A stretch of 64,000 bases of DNA. It comes from Saccostrea echinata. Lineage: Eukaryota. Below the pieces are notes generated by a model. That model ran no database searches, had not been told where the DNA came from, and saw only the letters and a list, made by a program, of their open reading frames with translations. Below, piece after piece: positions 38,001-49,817 of the stretch. A program made the position numbers and the translations under genes. The stretch lies in NCBI RefSeq assembly GCF_033153115.1, contig NW_026889803.1, positions 58,590,001-58,654,000 on the forward strand. Direction: 5' to 3'. Numbering within the stretch: position 1 is the stretch's first letter; every line of letters begins with the position of its first letter.

Positions 38001-38637
38001 GCTATAATAAAGTATATCAGGAAGGACAGTTCTCTAAAACGCAGAGAGAGAGAGAGAGTTCGAAGAAAAGAAAGAAAAATAAATTCACTAAAATAAATTG
38101 TGATTTATTATTTCCATTTATATATTTAAAAAAGTAAGCATTGAGGAAGATATATTAATATATCAGAAGTTTATTTTAGTTTATTTATTTATTTATTTAT
38201 TTATTTTAGAAATAAATTTTGGATACAGTTAATAAAAGTAAAATAAAACAAAACAAAACAAAACCACATTTTACAATTTGAGAGGAATCTATTTTCCCAC
38301 CTTGACAACAGTCTCCCATATAGTGTGGATCACATTCGCACGACAAAGATGCAGGATGTAGTGTGCCACCATTTTCACATATTCGGCATGGTTGAGAAAT
38401 GGTCATTGGAAGTTTTATACTTTTGTTACAGCTTGCTAGACACGTTTCTAGAGTGGCCGGGTTTAATGAGCAGCACATTCTACGGTTTTTGTACTGCGAC
38501 TGTGAGCCACAAGTACCAGAGCACGGACTCCATGATAGCCAGTTAAATATATGACATTCCATGTCCAATGTACATTGTGCTCGATTTGCATAGATACATA
38601 GGGCACAGATATTTAGTAAAACATATACCACATTCAT
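24943..38637 (-). CDS. TSP1-EGF-EGF single-pass membrane protein, paralog B (~223 aa; exons 38637-38301, 25554-25444, 25166-24943)
   Basis: Same exon structure and phases as paralog A. Exon 2 is EGF DVVTCRNHPCKHGTCTDISGTFTCTCDKGYTGTVCDT; exon 3 is TM plus CCLCCPWICSC. Total 672 nt in frame; the 12.7-kb intron 1 holds the Kolobok element. Confidence 0.85.
28023..28629 (+). repeat. Left terminal inverted repeat (~607 bp)
   Basis: Reverse complement of 34798-35400 with only a few substitutions and short indels. Confidence 0.95.
28927..29012. repeat. (AT)n microsatellite
   Basis: About 42 AT units. Confidence 0.98.
31271..31626. mobile_element. MITE in a transposase intron, 5-bp TSD
   Basis: CATGCGCGGATC...GATCCGCGCATG with poly-G/poly-C subtermini. 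AGGAT duplicated at 31266-31270 and 31627-31631. Confidence 0.8.
33262..34994 (-). CDS. KolX-like accessory protein: N-terminal Cys-rich CXC-like domain plus C-terminal P2X7 ballast-like Zn domain (~255 aa; exons [34994-34983], 34121-33861, 33756-33262)
   Basis: INCCACQNRGQCKSCVCRRRGCTNCRNAKC...; WCCCGRC...ICC...CITT..F..LCL...RNQAYR.F..W..G.LG.G.R...PSC....IR..FP....YKGY matches the P2X7 C-terminal/KolX pattern. All junctions are phase 0 with no stops. The first exon is inferred. Confidence 0.85.
34798..35400 (-). repeat. Right terminal inverted repeat (~603 bp)
   Basis: Reverse complement of 28023-28629. Confidence 0.95.
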
Positions 38638-39199
38638 ATTTCCAGCTGCAAAATTGTCCAGTAAATTATTTGTATTACCATGTGCATTATATATAAGCTG
38701 AATCCGTCAATAAACATTTACAGATAATGCTTATCTATTGATTAGAAAAAGGGGAAAATTTTTACTTTTGTAGCAAGGATAAGTCGATTTTGTTATTTTC
38801 CTTTGATGTTAAAATGACTATGGTAATACGTAAAATATTGTTTATCTCATTATAGGCCTAAAGATTTCAGTACATATATTTTATCATACTCATAGTAGAT
38901 CAAGGTTCATGACTTTGTTCACTCACGTGAATACAGGAAATTCTTGATTCTATAGAAACATTAAAAAGACCTAATATTTCAATTATCGAGAACCTAAAAT
39001 GTATGAGCATTTATCAAAACTCTAACTCTCCTAATTCAAATAATGAATTATCAAAACACTACCTCCCATAATTCAAAAGATATCAATTCATGGTTCAGAG
39101 TATCTAAAAATTGTTATGAAATGTGACAAACATTAGAAATTACTATAGCAAAATACTATACCCCAAAAGGGGGGACTGCCCCCTCCCCCCGCGTTCTAC

Positions 39200-39642
39200 G
39201 GGCCTGTTTCACATGTTTATTCCTTGTGACAAGTCCTTTCTTTGGGTACCAATACATTTGAACTCTTGACCTTGGAGTTTGACCCATTTTTGCAAAGTTT
39301 TACAAAAATTTAACATTGGTCATAACTTCTGAACGATTGGTGCTAGGGCCTTCATACTTCACATGTACATTCCTTGTGAAAGGACCTTCCCTTGGATACC
39401 AACAATTCTGATCTTTTAACCTTGATCTTTCACCAAATTTTGATTTTTTTTTTTTTTACCTTGGCCTTAACTTTTGAACACATGGTGATAAGGCCTTCAT
39501 ATTTAACACGTGTATATTCCTTATGACAAGATCTTTCTTTCGGTACTAACATTTTTGACCCATGACCTTAATTAAAGGTTACCTACTTTTGAAAGACTGT
39601 CATACGGGGGCATTAATGTTTCTCAAACACATCTTGTTTTAA
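39200..39642 (-). mobile_element. Helentron/DINE-like non-autonomous element with ~150-bp internal repeats
   Basis: Three ATTCCTTGTGACAAG..CTTTC.TTGG.TACC units ending in GGGGGCATT..TGTTTCTCAAACACATCTTGTT. Confidence 0.55.
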
Positions 39643-41211
39643 CTGGCTTAAATAGCCTCTGCTCACAGAGGAGGGCAGGAGAGCCATTAGTATGGTGCAA
39701 AATGGTTGCAGCATAAAGGAGTTCGGTTTCGCAATATTCTCTGCTTTTATCGCTATTTCTATTACCATGAGAAATTTTAATTTTTGATTCCAAGTATTTT
39801 TGCATTAACTCACACACTTAAAAAAATTCCAGGTTGCTAGGCAATTGCATAGTCACCATTAGGGTTACATTAGGGTGTCAATGTGTTGTACCGGAAGTTT
39901 CAAGTGACTGGAAGTGATGCTGACTTGAATCGTCAACAGTTGGGTATCCACTGCTTTTCAAGATCGTTACATGATGATTTCGCATATGAGAAATCTCGAT
40001 TTACAGCTGTCAAAAATTTATTTGCGGAATAAGGCTCTTCCATTAATATCATCATTAATTCAACCAAAATCAATTAACGATGTTAAAAATGAAATAAATC
40101 ATAATAATGATAAAATGAAAATTACATGTTTTCAAACAATCTTTAGATGTGACTGCTAGTAACATAATGCAAGACTACATTGCTACATGTACATCTATAT
40201 TGCTACATGTACATATAATGTGTGTGTGTGTGTGTGTGTATGTGTGTCCATGGTAAGCTTATAAAGTGAAAAAAATCCAAAGTTGACAAATAAGTTCACA
40301 TTTAAGGGGAAGAAGGACATTGAGGTGAAACTTTTGTCATTCAATTTTTTTCTTCATATTTTGTTTATTTCTAATTTAGTATGTCCCATATATTTTCAAG
40401 CAGTTATATCATTAGGTTTAATTTCTTACCTTATTTTAGAGATAATGATTAACAAATACTCTGTCCTCCAGTGTCAGAGTTTTGATTCTCCACGTTTGCG
40501 GGCTCAGTATCTGTCCATAATGGGAGTTTTTAAAGCTTAGATAAAAAAAATATGTACGTGGACATGTATCTTTTAAAATATTTCGGGATATGAATAGGGT
40601 TTAAACTTTTAAAAAGCAAGTTTCTTTCACCACACATCTATAAAGGGGAAATTGCTTACTTTTTAAAGACAACATGAACAACAGAAAACTAAATTTGAAA
40701 TAAATTCTATCATTCAATATTTGAAAATTTACATTAAAATCGAAGTCCTCCATTTTATTGGTAACTGTATTTTATTGATTAACTATAAAAATATCGAAAG
40801 GTGAAGCTTTCCTCCATATTGCACGGGACATCGTTAAACAAGACATAAGCATGATAAAACGAGTCATGTTAACATTTCTCGAGTACAGGAAAACTTACTA
40901 CGACGTCACACGTAAGCTAAATTAGCAATATAAGATATACCTACATTGATTTAGATTTCTGGCATCAATCATGCAAAAATTAATTTTTGTCTTACAAATC
41001 ATATACGGCGTCACCGACTTCTTGGACACATAGTGTAGGGTGTTAATGTTTACAAGAATGTTAAAACTTAAAAAAAAAAATTTATAAAATAAAACAAACA
41101 TACTGTCAAAAAGTAATAATTTAATTCTGATTGTAACGCTGTATTTGATTGGATAAAAATTTTACTTTATATGGTATAAAATGGGTTGCCTACGGCACAA
41201 TGACTTGCATT

Positions 41212-42635
41212 AACAAGAGGCCCAGGGGCCACATCGCTCACCTGAGCACTATGGCTAGGAAAAAGCAGAAATCACTTCAATCTTGAAAGGTTGAAAAGTT
41301 TAAATATAAAAGTGGTTGGGGGGGGGGTGTCATGAATTGAACAAATTTGAATCTACATTATCTGAGGATGCTTCCATTTAAATATGACCAATCATGACTT
41401 TGCTGTTCTTGAGTAGAAGATTTTTAAAGATTTAACCTATGTATTCCTATGTAAAACTTTGATCACCCATTGTGGCCCCACCAGACCCCCAGGGGTCATG
41501 TTTGAACAAACTTGAATGTACACTATCTAAGAATGCTTCCATATAAATATGACCAATCATGGCTTTGCTATTCTTAACAAATAGGTTTTTTTTTATAAAG
41601 ATTTTTACTATGTGTTCCAATGTAAAACTTTGATCGCCCATTGTGGCCCCACCCGACCCCCGGGGGTCATGATTCAAACAAATTTGTATGTACACTATCT
41701 GAGGATGCTACCATATAAATATGACCAATCATGGCTTTGCTATTCTTAACAAATTGTTTTTTTTTTGTTTTTTTTTTAGAATTTTTACTATGTGTTCCTA
41801 TGTAAAACTTTGATCGCCCATTGTGGCCCCACCCGACCCCCAGGGGTCATGATTTGAACAAATTTGAATGTACACTATCTGAGGATGCTACCATATAAAT
41901 ATGACCAATCATGGCTTTGCTGTTCTTGAGAAGAAGATTTTTACTATGTGTTCCTATGTAAAACTTTGATCGCCCATTGTGGCCCCATCCGACCCCCGGG
42001 GGTCATGAGTTGAATAAATTTGAATGTACACTATCTGAGGATGCTTCCATGTAAATATGACCAATCATGGCATTGCTGTTCTTGAGAAGAAGATTTTTAA
42101 AGATTTTTCCTATATATTCCTATGCAAAACTTTGATCGCCCATTGTGGCCCCACCCAACCCCCAGGGGTCATGATTTGAACAAACTTGAATCTACACTAC
42201 CTGAGGATGCTTCCAGGTAAATATGACCAATTATGGCTTTGCTGTTCTTGAGAAGAAGATTTTTAAAGATTTTCCTATATATTCCTATGTAAAACTTTGA
42301 TCGCCCATTGTGGCCCCACCCGACCCCCAGGGGTCATGATTTGAACAAATTTGAATCTACACTATCTGAGGATGCTACCATATAAATATGACCAATTATG
42401 GCTTTGCTGTTCTTGAGAAGAAGATTTTTTAAGATTTTTCCTGTATATTTCCTATGTAAATTGATCGCCCATTGCGGCCCCTTCCTACCCCCCGGGGTCA
42501 TGATTTGAACAAACTACCTGAGGATGCTTCCACATACGTTTCATGTTTTCAAGCACAGTGGTTCTTGAGAAGAAGATTTTTTAATGCTGCCATTAATTTT
42601 TCACGAATTCTTAATTATCTCCCCTTGGAAGAAGG

Positions 42636-42681
<46 letters not shown>

Positions 42682-42684
42682 ACT

Positions 42685-42739
<55 letters not shown>

Positions 42740-42781
42740 GTGAAAAGTTTACAGACGGACAGACGGACTACAGACAAAATG

Positions 42782-42826
<45 letters not shown>
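41212..42826 (+). mobile_element. Helentron/HINE-type non-autonomous element carrying a ~166-bp satellite array (about 7 units, ~41330-42580)
   Basis: 5' AACAAGAGGCCCAGGGGCCACATCGCTCACCTGAG; 3' GACAGACGGAC repeats and hairpin AGCTCACTTGAGCCTTCGGCTCAGGTGAGCT. Units start TATGTAAAACTTTGATCGCCC at about 41448, 41620, 41799, 41955, 42120, 42285, 42452. Confidence 0.88.
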
Positions 42827-42827
<1 letters not shown>

Positions 42828-43253
42828 CGTATCGATCCGCCTGATGTTACATTCAAATTTTGTAGAAATTGAAGTCATTTTCTTAAGGACAGTCATCTTT
42901 TTTCTTACACCAAAAGAATGAAAATTAAATTATAAGGAATGAATTTAATAGCTACCCATTTTATACGATATAAACTGAGTTGGAACAGTTTACGCTTTTT
43001 TATAAACCGCTTCGCGGTTTATAAAGCGTAAACTACCCCAACCACTTGGAGCCTTCAGACCCTTGGAGCCAATGAGAAAACTGCTTTCATGTCGCTTAAC
43101 GTCACTTCTTAATTTATCGGACGAAAAATCGTCTATAAATGTTTTGTTACTCCGTTTCCTTGTACACACGTATACATTATATTCTCACTTTATACCCATC
43201 TTCGTCCGCTGATAAATTTTACTTTCCTCATGTAGTTCTTCAGTCTCTGCTTT

Positions 43254-43590
43254 ACCTGTTACGGTTGCCTAGTGGTAGGGCGTTCGCTTTGTAAACAGGA
43301 GACCCATGTTCGATTCTCCTTCGCTGCGTCGCGTCAAACATAAGACGTAAACTTAGGTAGTGACTGTTTCTTCGAGAAGCGCCCGGCATGAGTAGTGAAA
43401 TTCTCAAGTCTTTCTGATGAGACATTAAAAACCGAGGCCCCGTGTCACGGTAAGTGTTTGCACGATAAAGATCCCTCACTGCTCAGTGGCCCTGAGTGCC
43501 GAGTATAGGTCAAAATTTACAGCTCTTCACAGACATACGGCATATGAGTGAAAATTCTCGAATGGAACATTAAACAACAACCAATCAATC
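43254..43590 (+). mobile_element. Meta-type SINE, third head variant
   Basis: A-box GTTGCCTAGTGG, B-box GTTCGATTC, core AAAACCGAGGCCCCGTGTCACGG...GCACGATAAAGATCCCTCACTGCTC, and a CAAT tail. Confidence 0.8.
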
Positions 43591-44109
43591 TCTACTTTCG
43601 TGTACACTTTCATTTCTTGTTAACAGTGAATACCAAACTACAATTTGAAAACTGTTTGTTACCTGGTTGGCTGGAATCCAGAGTTAAAACATTGCGTCCA
43701 GAGGATGCCGCTTATGTCGGCCACAGATTTAGTGTTGTAATCTGCCAAGGGTTTGTGGGGAGCAAAGCGGATCGAAAACCCTTTGCGTCCGAGGATGGTT
43801 TTGGAGTCGTTATTAAAGTCTTTCGTCTCCAACGGACGACCTTATTGTTTTCATTCTGTTTTTTGCCCTAGTGTTCTTTTTCTTCTTACGTGCAAGTTCT
43901 TCGAAACGGTTCGGTCGATTTTTATAAAAATGTCAGATCTTATAGACATTAGTCCGAATCTTTTCGGAAATCAACGTCGTCAGTGACGTCACTTCCGATC
44001 GCATGATTTTCTGATTTTAAATGAAATTTTTCAGGCGCGTTTTCAAAAAAGGGCTAAAATTGACTCTTAAATTTTTTTTAGTTCTGATAGATTGTGAATT
44101 GTATAGATC

Positions 44110-44760
44110 AAATATGGAGATAACAAACAGCAATCAAGCTCAAAAGTCCATTGAAATACAAATCGGGAGCAGAGCAAACACGGACCTCTAAAAATCTCAG
44201 AGGTTGAATCAGGTACCATGGAGGAGTAAGTATCCCATGTCGACAAGTCACATCCACCGTGTGCTCCTTGATCGGGGAAAAGAAGAATCCGTAGACAATT
44301 CAGCGTGTAAATAATGGCCTAACAATTAGTATGAAAAAGGTCAGTCCGTTTTCGACTTAATGATAAATTGCATTTGCTGACAAGTCATTGTATCGACCAT
44401 AAAACTTGCAAAATGATAACTTTAAACGAGATATCTTCGTTGATATCCCTGATTCATCAACTTGTTTGTCAATAGCTTGCCTCGCTTTAGAAATTGGTTG
44501 TACGTAGAGCATACTCTTGCATATCGAATCAACTGGGAGACATAAACCCAAAATTTAGGCGATAGGGTATATTGCTACTTAAGTAAGGGAAGTTGACGAT
44601 AAAAAAGTTGAAGTCATCATAATTATTATCATTATTAGCATAAAGTTTTGTTCTTAGATTACCATTAACGCATTTTTTCTGGCAAAATATCCAAATATGA
44701 AACAGATGTATAGATGTGAAATAATGTTTCATTTTTGTTGCCATCTCTTCTGTTGTCCAT
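44110..44760 (-). mobile_element. Penelope-like retroelement 3' fragment
   Basis: Minus ORFs with NGNLRTKLY...DDFNFFIVNFPYLSSNIP and KFYGRYNDL, plus the terminal motif at 44175-44260. Confidence 0.85.
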
Positions 44761-44776
44761 CAAATGTATTTCAAAA

Positions 44777-44915
44777 NNNNNNNNNNNNNNNNNNNNNNNN
44801 NNNNNNNNNNNNNNNNNNNNNNNNNNNNNNNNNNNNNNNNNNNNNNNNNNNNNNNNNNNNNNNNNNNNNNNNNNNNNNNNNNNNNNNNNNNNNNNNNNNN
44901 NNNNNNNNNNNNNNN
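44777..44915. other. Assembly gap (N run)
   Basis: Run of N. Confidence 1.
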
Positions 44916-46789
44916 TGATTGGTTAATATCCAAAAAGGAACACAAATTATTTCTGTATAACCTGGTTTGGTATGGGGACACCCCCCCCCCCTGACAACCA
45001 GCTGAATCGTCTGTATCCATGCAATCCTCTCATTTCCAGTCCTCGGGATTCATGGAAAATTCCAGATTTAATAAATGTACCTTTAACTTCAAACAGTAAC
45101 TTGGATCTTACCACATGTAAACAAAACAACATGGCTGCTAGGACTATGTATCAGTTTTTACCTCCCCTCGCTTCCCATCACTTCCGTTACTAGGGTTGTA
45201 TTATTGAGCGGCAAATTTGAACTAATAAAAAGCAACGAAATTTTACACCCACAGTTGTTTAATGATTTTAGAATTAAATTGTAAGGAATGACTCTAATTC
45301 TTGGCCAAATTATTCGAGTATAACCTGGTTTGGGTCAGTTTACGCTGTTTTATATATATATATATATATATACAAGTAGAACGTAAAGAGAATCGAGTGT
45401 AAAAACAATGTCTTTCGTCGTAGAAGTGAGTCATTATTCTAAATTAAATGTCATAGAATATTCGCAAAATGAAGTGTTGGGAGCCAAGTTGGATAGAAGA
45501 TGCAAAGTTCTCTAGAGTGAATGAGCAATCATTTTGTTATTGAAGTGAGGTCGAAACGACATACAGATAAAGGTCTCAAGACACCAGAAATGTAAATAAA
45601 TATTGGTATTAATGAGATGAAAGGAGCGTTGTTAGAGTTTTATACACTCATTGAAAAATTAATCCATCACATATGTAGAAAATACAGCGCTAGTAATATA
45701 ACAATTGATAGTAATAAATCAATGCAATGTTTGAATCTTTGCATTCAATTATGTCAGGCTTTTTAAGCTTATGTTCCACAGAAGAAGAGAAGTTTTGGAG
45801 ATATAACTGGCACCTCAATCATCAAATTCACATCTTTTCTTTTTACATTACACGCTGGTAATTATGAATTTAATCTTCATGCATTCTACATTAGCACACA
45901 CTTTTCTTTACGAGATCATTTTTTTAATACAGGCCAGCCAAAAAAGTTGAAGATATTAATTTAGTTCTCATACGTTAGTGCGAAGACAAGGTCCATAAAC
46001 CTTATTTAAAAAAACTGAAATTAATGACTTGATTCAATACATTGAAAAGTTTGAAAGAACGTTTTAAGTGCATATTCTGACATTTTAAGAAAAACATGAA
46101 GATTGTTTACGGCTGCGTTGTTTACCTAAGGTAGAAAGTGTCCTTATGAGAAACAGAGCAATGAAAACACAAACATTGTAAATATACTACATGTATTTGT
46201 ATTACACAAAGAATAAATCGTAAACGTTTAATGTGAAGGAAGGATGCCATTTTGTTAAGATCTTTTTCTTTAACTTTTTCTTCCTAGTTTAAATCGTTTT
46301 AAATGTAAATAAACGAAAAACCATTTCTTTTCAACCTTTGAATCTTAAGTCAATTTACATCCACTGGATTAAATCACAAGAATTGCTGACTGGTTTATTG
46401 AGAGCATGAAGGAGCATTAATGGAACAACTGTAAATGACCTGTTTCCTTGCTGTCTTTATCACGCTGTTCCAATGTGATTGTGATGGTAAAATATCGACG
46501 CACATTCCATTTGAGATTTAAAGTGACCAGATTTAAAAATTTTAATGATAAATTTTCGTTATAGTGCTGACAGAATTTATCATTCATAATCATATTTACC
46601 TATTTCGATTCTGCTCACCTAATGAGTCCAAATAAAGACAAACATGTGATGTCTGTGCAGAATTTTTCTTAAACCTCTCTTTCACTTCATTCTAGGGATA
46701 ACAACTATGGTTTCCATGTTTAAAACTGTAAACTGTAAAATGGCAACATGTTTATTTTGTAATACATCTGGATTAAAGATGCCATAAAC

Positions 46790-47440
46790 ATGAACTCAAA
46801 GCTCAAAGATCCTATTTGGGGTTTCTTTGATGAATGAGAAGAAGGTTTCAAGAAAATTGTGAAATGTAAAGAGTGTGGAGAGAATGACAGTGGAAAAAGT
46901 GATCGAATGAAAAATCACAAAGAAAAATGTGATAAATTAAATCCTACATGTAAGACTAACCAGCTTTGTGGACAATTGAGAGTGACAGTGAATCAATACC
47001 TGTGACTGTGTCACTTATCCCTGCGTGCAACACACCTAAGAAGAGGCCATTTAGCTACTCAAGGTCAAAATCTCCCCAAAACATGAGCACATAACTGTCA
47101 ATAGTTAATTTGTTAAAACAACGCGTTTGATTTTTTGTTGTAATACCAACAGTGTTTATAGTTATATTTTGTGCTTTGAATAATTGAAAATCTGTAAAAT
47201 CTTACAAAGTAAAAAAAAATTCAATTCTATTTGACAGATGAGAAAGAACTGACCAGCATCAATCTAGGTGTATGTTGTAGGTTTTGTTTTATCAACTTGT
47301 TGTAGGTCAGAATTATTTCAGGAAACATTTTTGCAAATACCAGCTAGCACTGCATCTATAAAGAAACAAAGTTGAGGTGGAAAAGCCTGGGAAACTTGTA
47401 TTCTGCTGTAGGATGCTAAGGGGAAAAGAGCACATGGAAT
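46790..47440 (+). pseudogene. hAT transposase remnant (BED finger plus C-terminal dimerization fragment)
   Basis: From ~46791: MNSKLKDPIWGFFDE*EEGFKKIVKCKECGENDSGKSDRMKNHKEKC. Near 47335-47430: QIPASTASI...EVEKPGKLVFCCRMLRG. Confidence 0.7.
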
Positions 47441-47497
47441 CACTGTGGTGAATTGGTGATGTAAACACATACAAAAGTCTATCTCGAGATAGGTGAT

Positions 47498-49083
47498 TTA
47501 TTCATGTGGCGAAACATTAAAAGCTGAAATAAGGGCATTTGTCACAGTAATGAAGGACAATAATACTAGACCAAGAAACTGTAACTGTTTCCGCTTCCAA
47601 GAGTCCTGGTGTTTAAGATAATCCGCCCGAAGCATGACCACTCTGGTCACCACCTGCAGGGTCATTGATACAATTATCAGACACACTAATGGCCAGTAGA
47701 ATTCATATTTGGGATGCAGTAGAGCTGTCCGAAGCTGAGCAGCATTAGAGGTCAGAAGAGAGACGTCCATCATGCCTTGGGATACTGTCTTCATGGAAAC
47801 TCTGGGCTTTTTACACTCGTTTGGAGTAACAACTGGGGCTTTATCCTACAATGAAATATGTGGAGATAACGAACAGTATTCGAGCTCAGAAGTCCATAAA
47901 CATTAGAAAATAGGAGCAGAGCAAACACAGACCTCTAAGACATCAGAGGTGGGATCAGGAGCCATGGAGGAGTGAGCATCCCCTGCCGACCGGTCACACC
48001 CGCCGTATCTCAAGCTCACCGGGATATATCGTGTCGACATAAGAATGAAAATAACCATTGTTAATTGACAATACGTCGTCGATGTATCTAAATGTCGAGT
48101 TGAAGGCCACAGCAAGTGTTTTCTTCTTTTCACGTAAAAGATTTTAAACAAATTCTGCTTCATATGAATACAAAAATAGGTCTGCTAATAACGGGGTGCA
48201 ATATTGGTATCGATGGGAATTACAATAGATTGTTGGAAGACCTGATCTCCAAAAACCACATAGATATAATTGTCAATCAGAAACTCGAGCATCTTTTTGA
48301 TGTCAACTTCAGAGTACTTGTGTGTACAATCAGATTGTTTTTTAACAAAGTAATTTTGCAAATGACCAATGACAAGGTAAGTAAATTTACGAGTTCCATT
48401 TTTATTGAAAAAGCAGCTGTCAACGATGTCAGAAAGTATACAAAAATATTGAATTTTGACAACAATAGTAATTATATGGGTAATTAGTATGGCAGCTTTG
48501 TTTACTGATGAAGATACGATATGGAAAAACATTTTACTCATATCTCATTCCTTACCTCCACAATTTAGAAAAAAAAAATAAAGCAAAAAGATTATGATAT
48601 ACCTATTCCAAGTGATTATTATATGGAACGGGCCTTTAATATCTTGATCATGACAAAACTTCCTACTTTAGTTATGTGTATTGTCGTTGTGGCAGGGCAC
48701 TTAATTATCAAATGCTCAAATTCAAAGCTTTTTAGAAAAAGTTTTTGCTTGAAAATATACATGTATTAAGGATACAAAACATTGAAGTTACATGTATCTC
48801 AAAGTAATTTTCTTGTTTATACTGAAAAAGTATTAATCAGCTTGTCCCCTTTATTTCATTGACAAGTATATTTCGTAGAGGGGAGAACGTAGGGAAAAAA
48901 TCAAGAGGATTTTAATCTTCTTTTACGGTTAAATGCCCCGATAAACACGGAGGTTAAAGTTGAAACTTAAATTCGACTTACCTGTTCTGAATATGTAATG
49001 GCATGAAGAGTTCTATCACTGTCACTGTCAGAGATGTTTTCAGTGTTAACATTACTCTGTCGTGTTTTTCGTCGAAAAGCCAT
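47498..49083 (-). CDS. Ninjurin paralog 2, intact (149 aa; exons 49083-48982, 47845-47498)
   Basis: Exon 1 MAFRRKTRQSNVNTENISDSDSDRTLHAITYSEQ|GTAAGT splices phase 0 to TTGTAG|DKAPVVTPNECKKPRVSMKTVSQGMMDVSLLTSNAAQLR, followed by two TM helices. Confidence 0.88.
47850..48470 (-). mobile_element. Penelope-like fragments in the ninjurin 2 intron
   Basis: Terminal motif at 47925-48005. RT remnants YSEVDIKKMLEFLIDN...GDQVFQQ. Confidence 0.8.
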
Positions 49084-49779
49084 GTCGAAACTGTAATGTA
49101 GATGTAGTTGAACTTTCACGTTAGGATTCGATTATGTAAATTCATGATTTCTGCATATGTACTTGATACTGTATTTGATCACACTAGGACGTATACGGAT
49201 AATTGTAATCTGGCTCGAGTATAAACAGCAGGGAAATGACTGTTCCGGAAATGTTTCCCGCTTTATCTTTCGAGTAGTTTAAATATGTCTTTATGAATAA
49301 CAATTAATTATAGGCTGCCATGAGACAATGCTTTGACAAAAAAAGTTTTAATTGAATTTTTGTTTCTGAAGAGTTCTATGTGCGCAAACCAAATGGTTAA
49401 GTTGTACATGGGGGAAATGTTAAAGATCAAGAAAATGTGTCTATGTTCGATAAAAAAAGAAAAGAAATTTCAGGTAATTCATGATGTTTTGCAATTGTAA
49501 ATGAAATTTTCCTACAAACATTGAAATGAAGAATACTCTTGACTTGTGAAAGAGTTTCTGGTTTGTTGTAAAAATTGAATCAGTTTATCTGTTCTCAATT
49601 TTATCAAATATACATACAATTATATGTTTAATTACATAAATTAATACTTAAAATGAATACAAACAACATGAATTATTTAAGGAATTTTTTTTAGCCAAGC
49701 TTAATTTTCAAAACGATTGGTAACAATAAGATAAACATATCATGTTGAAAATAATATTCATGATTTCTTGTACAAGTGG

Positions 49780-49817
<38 letters not shown>

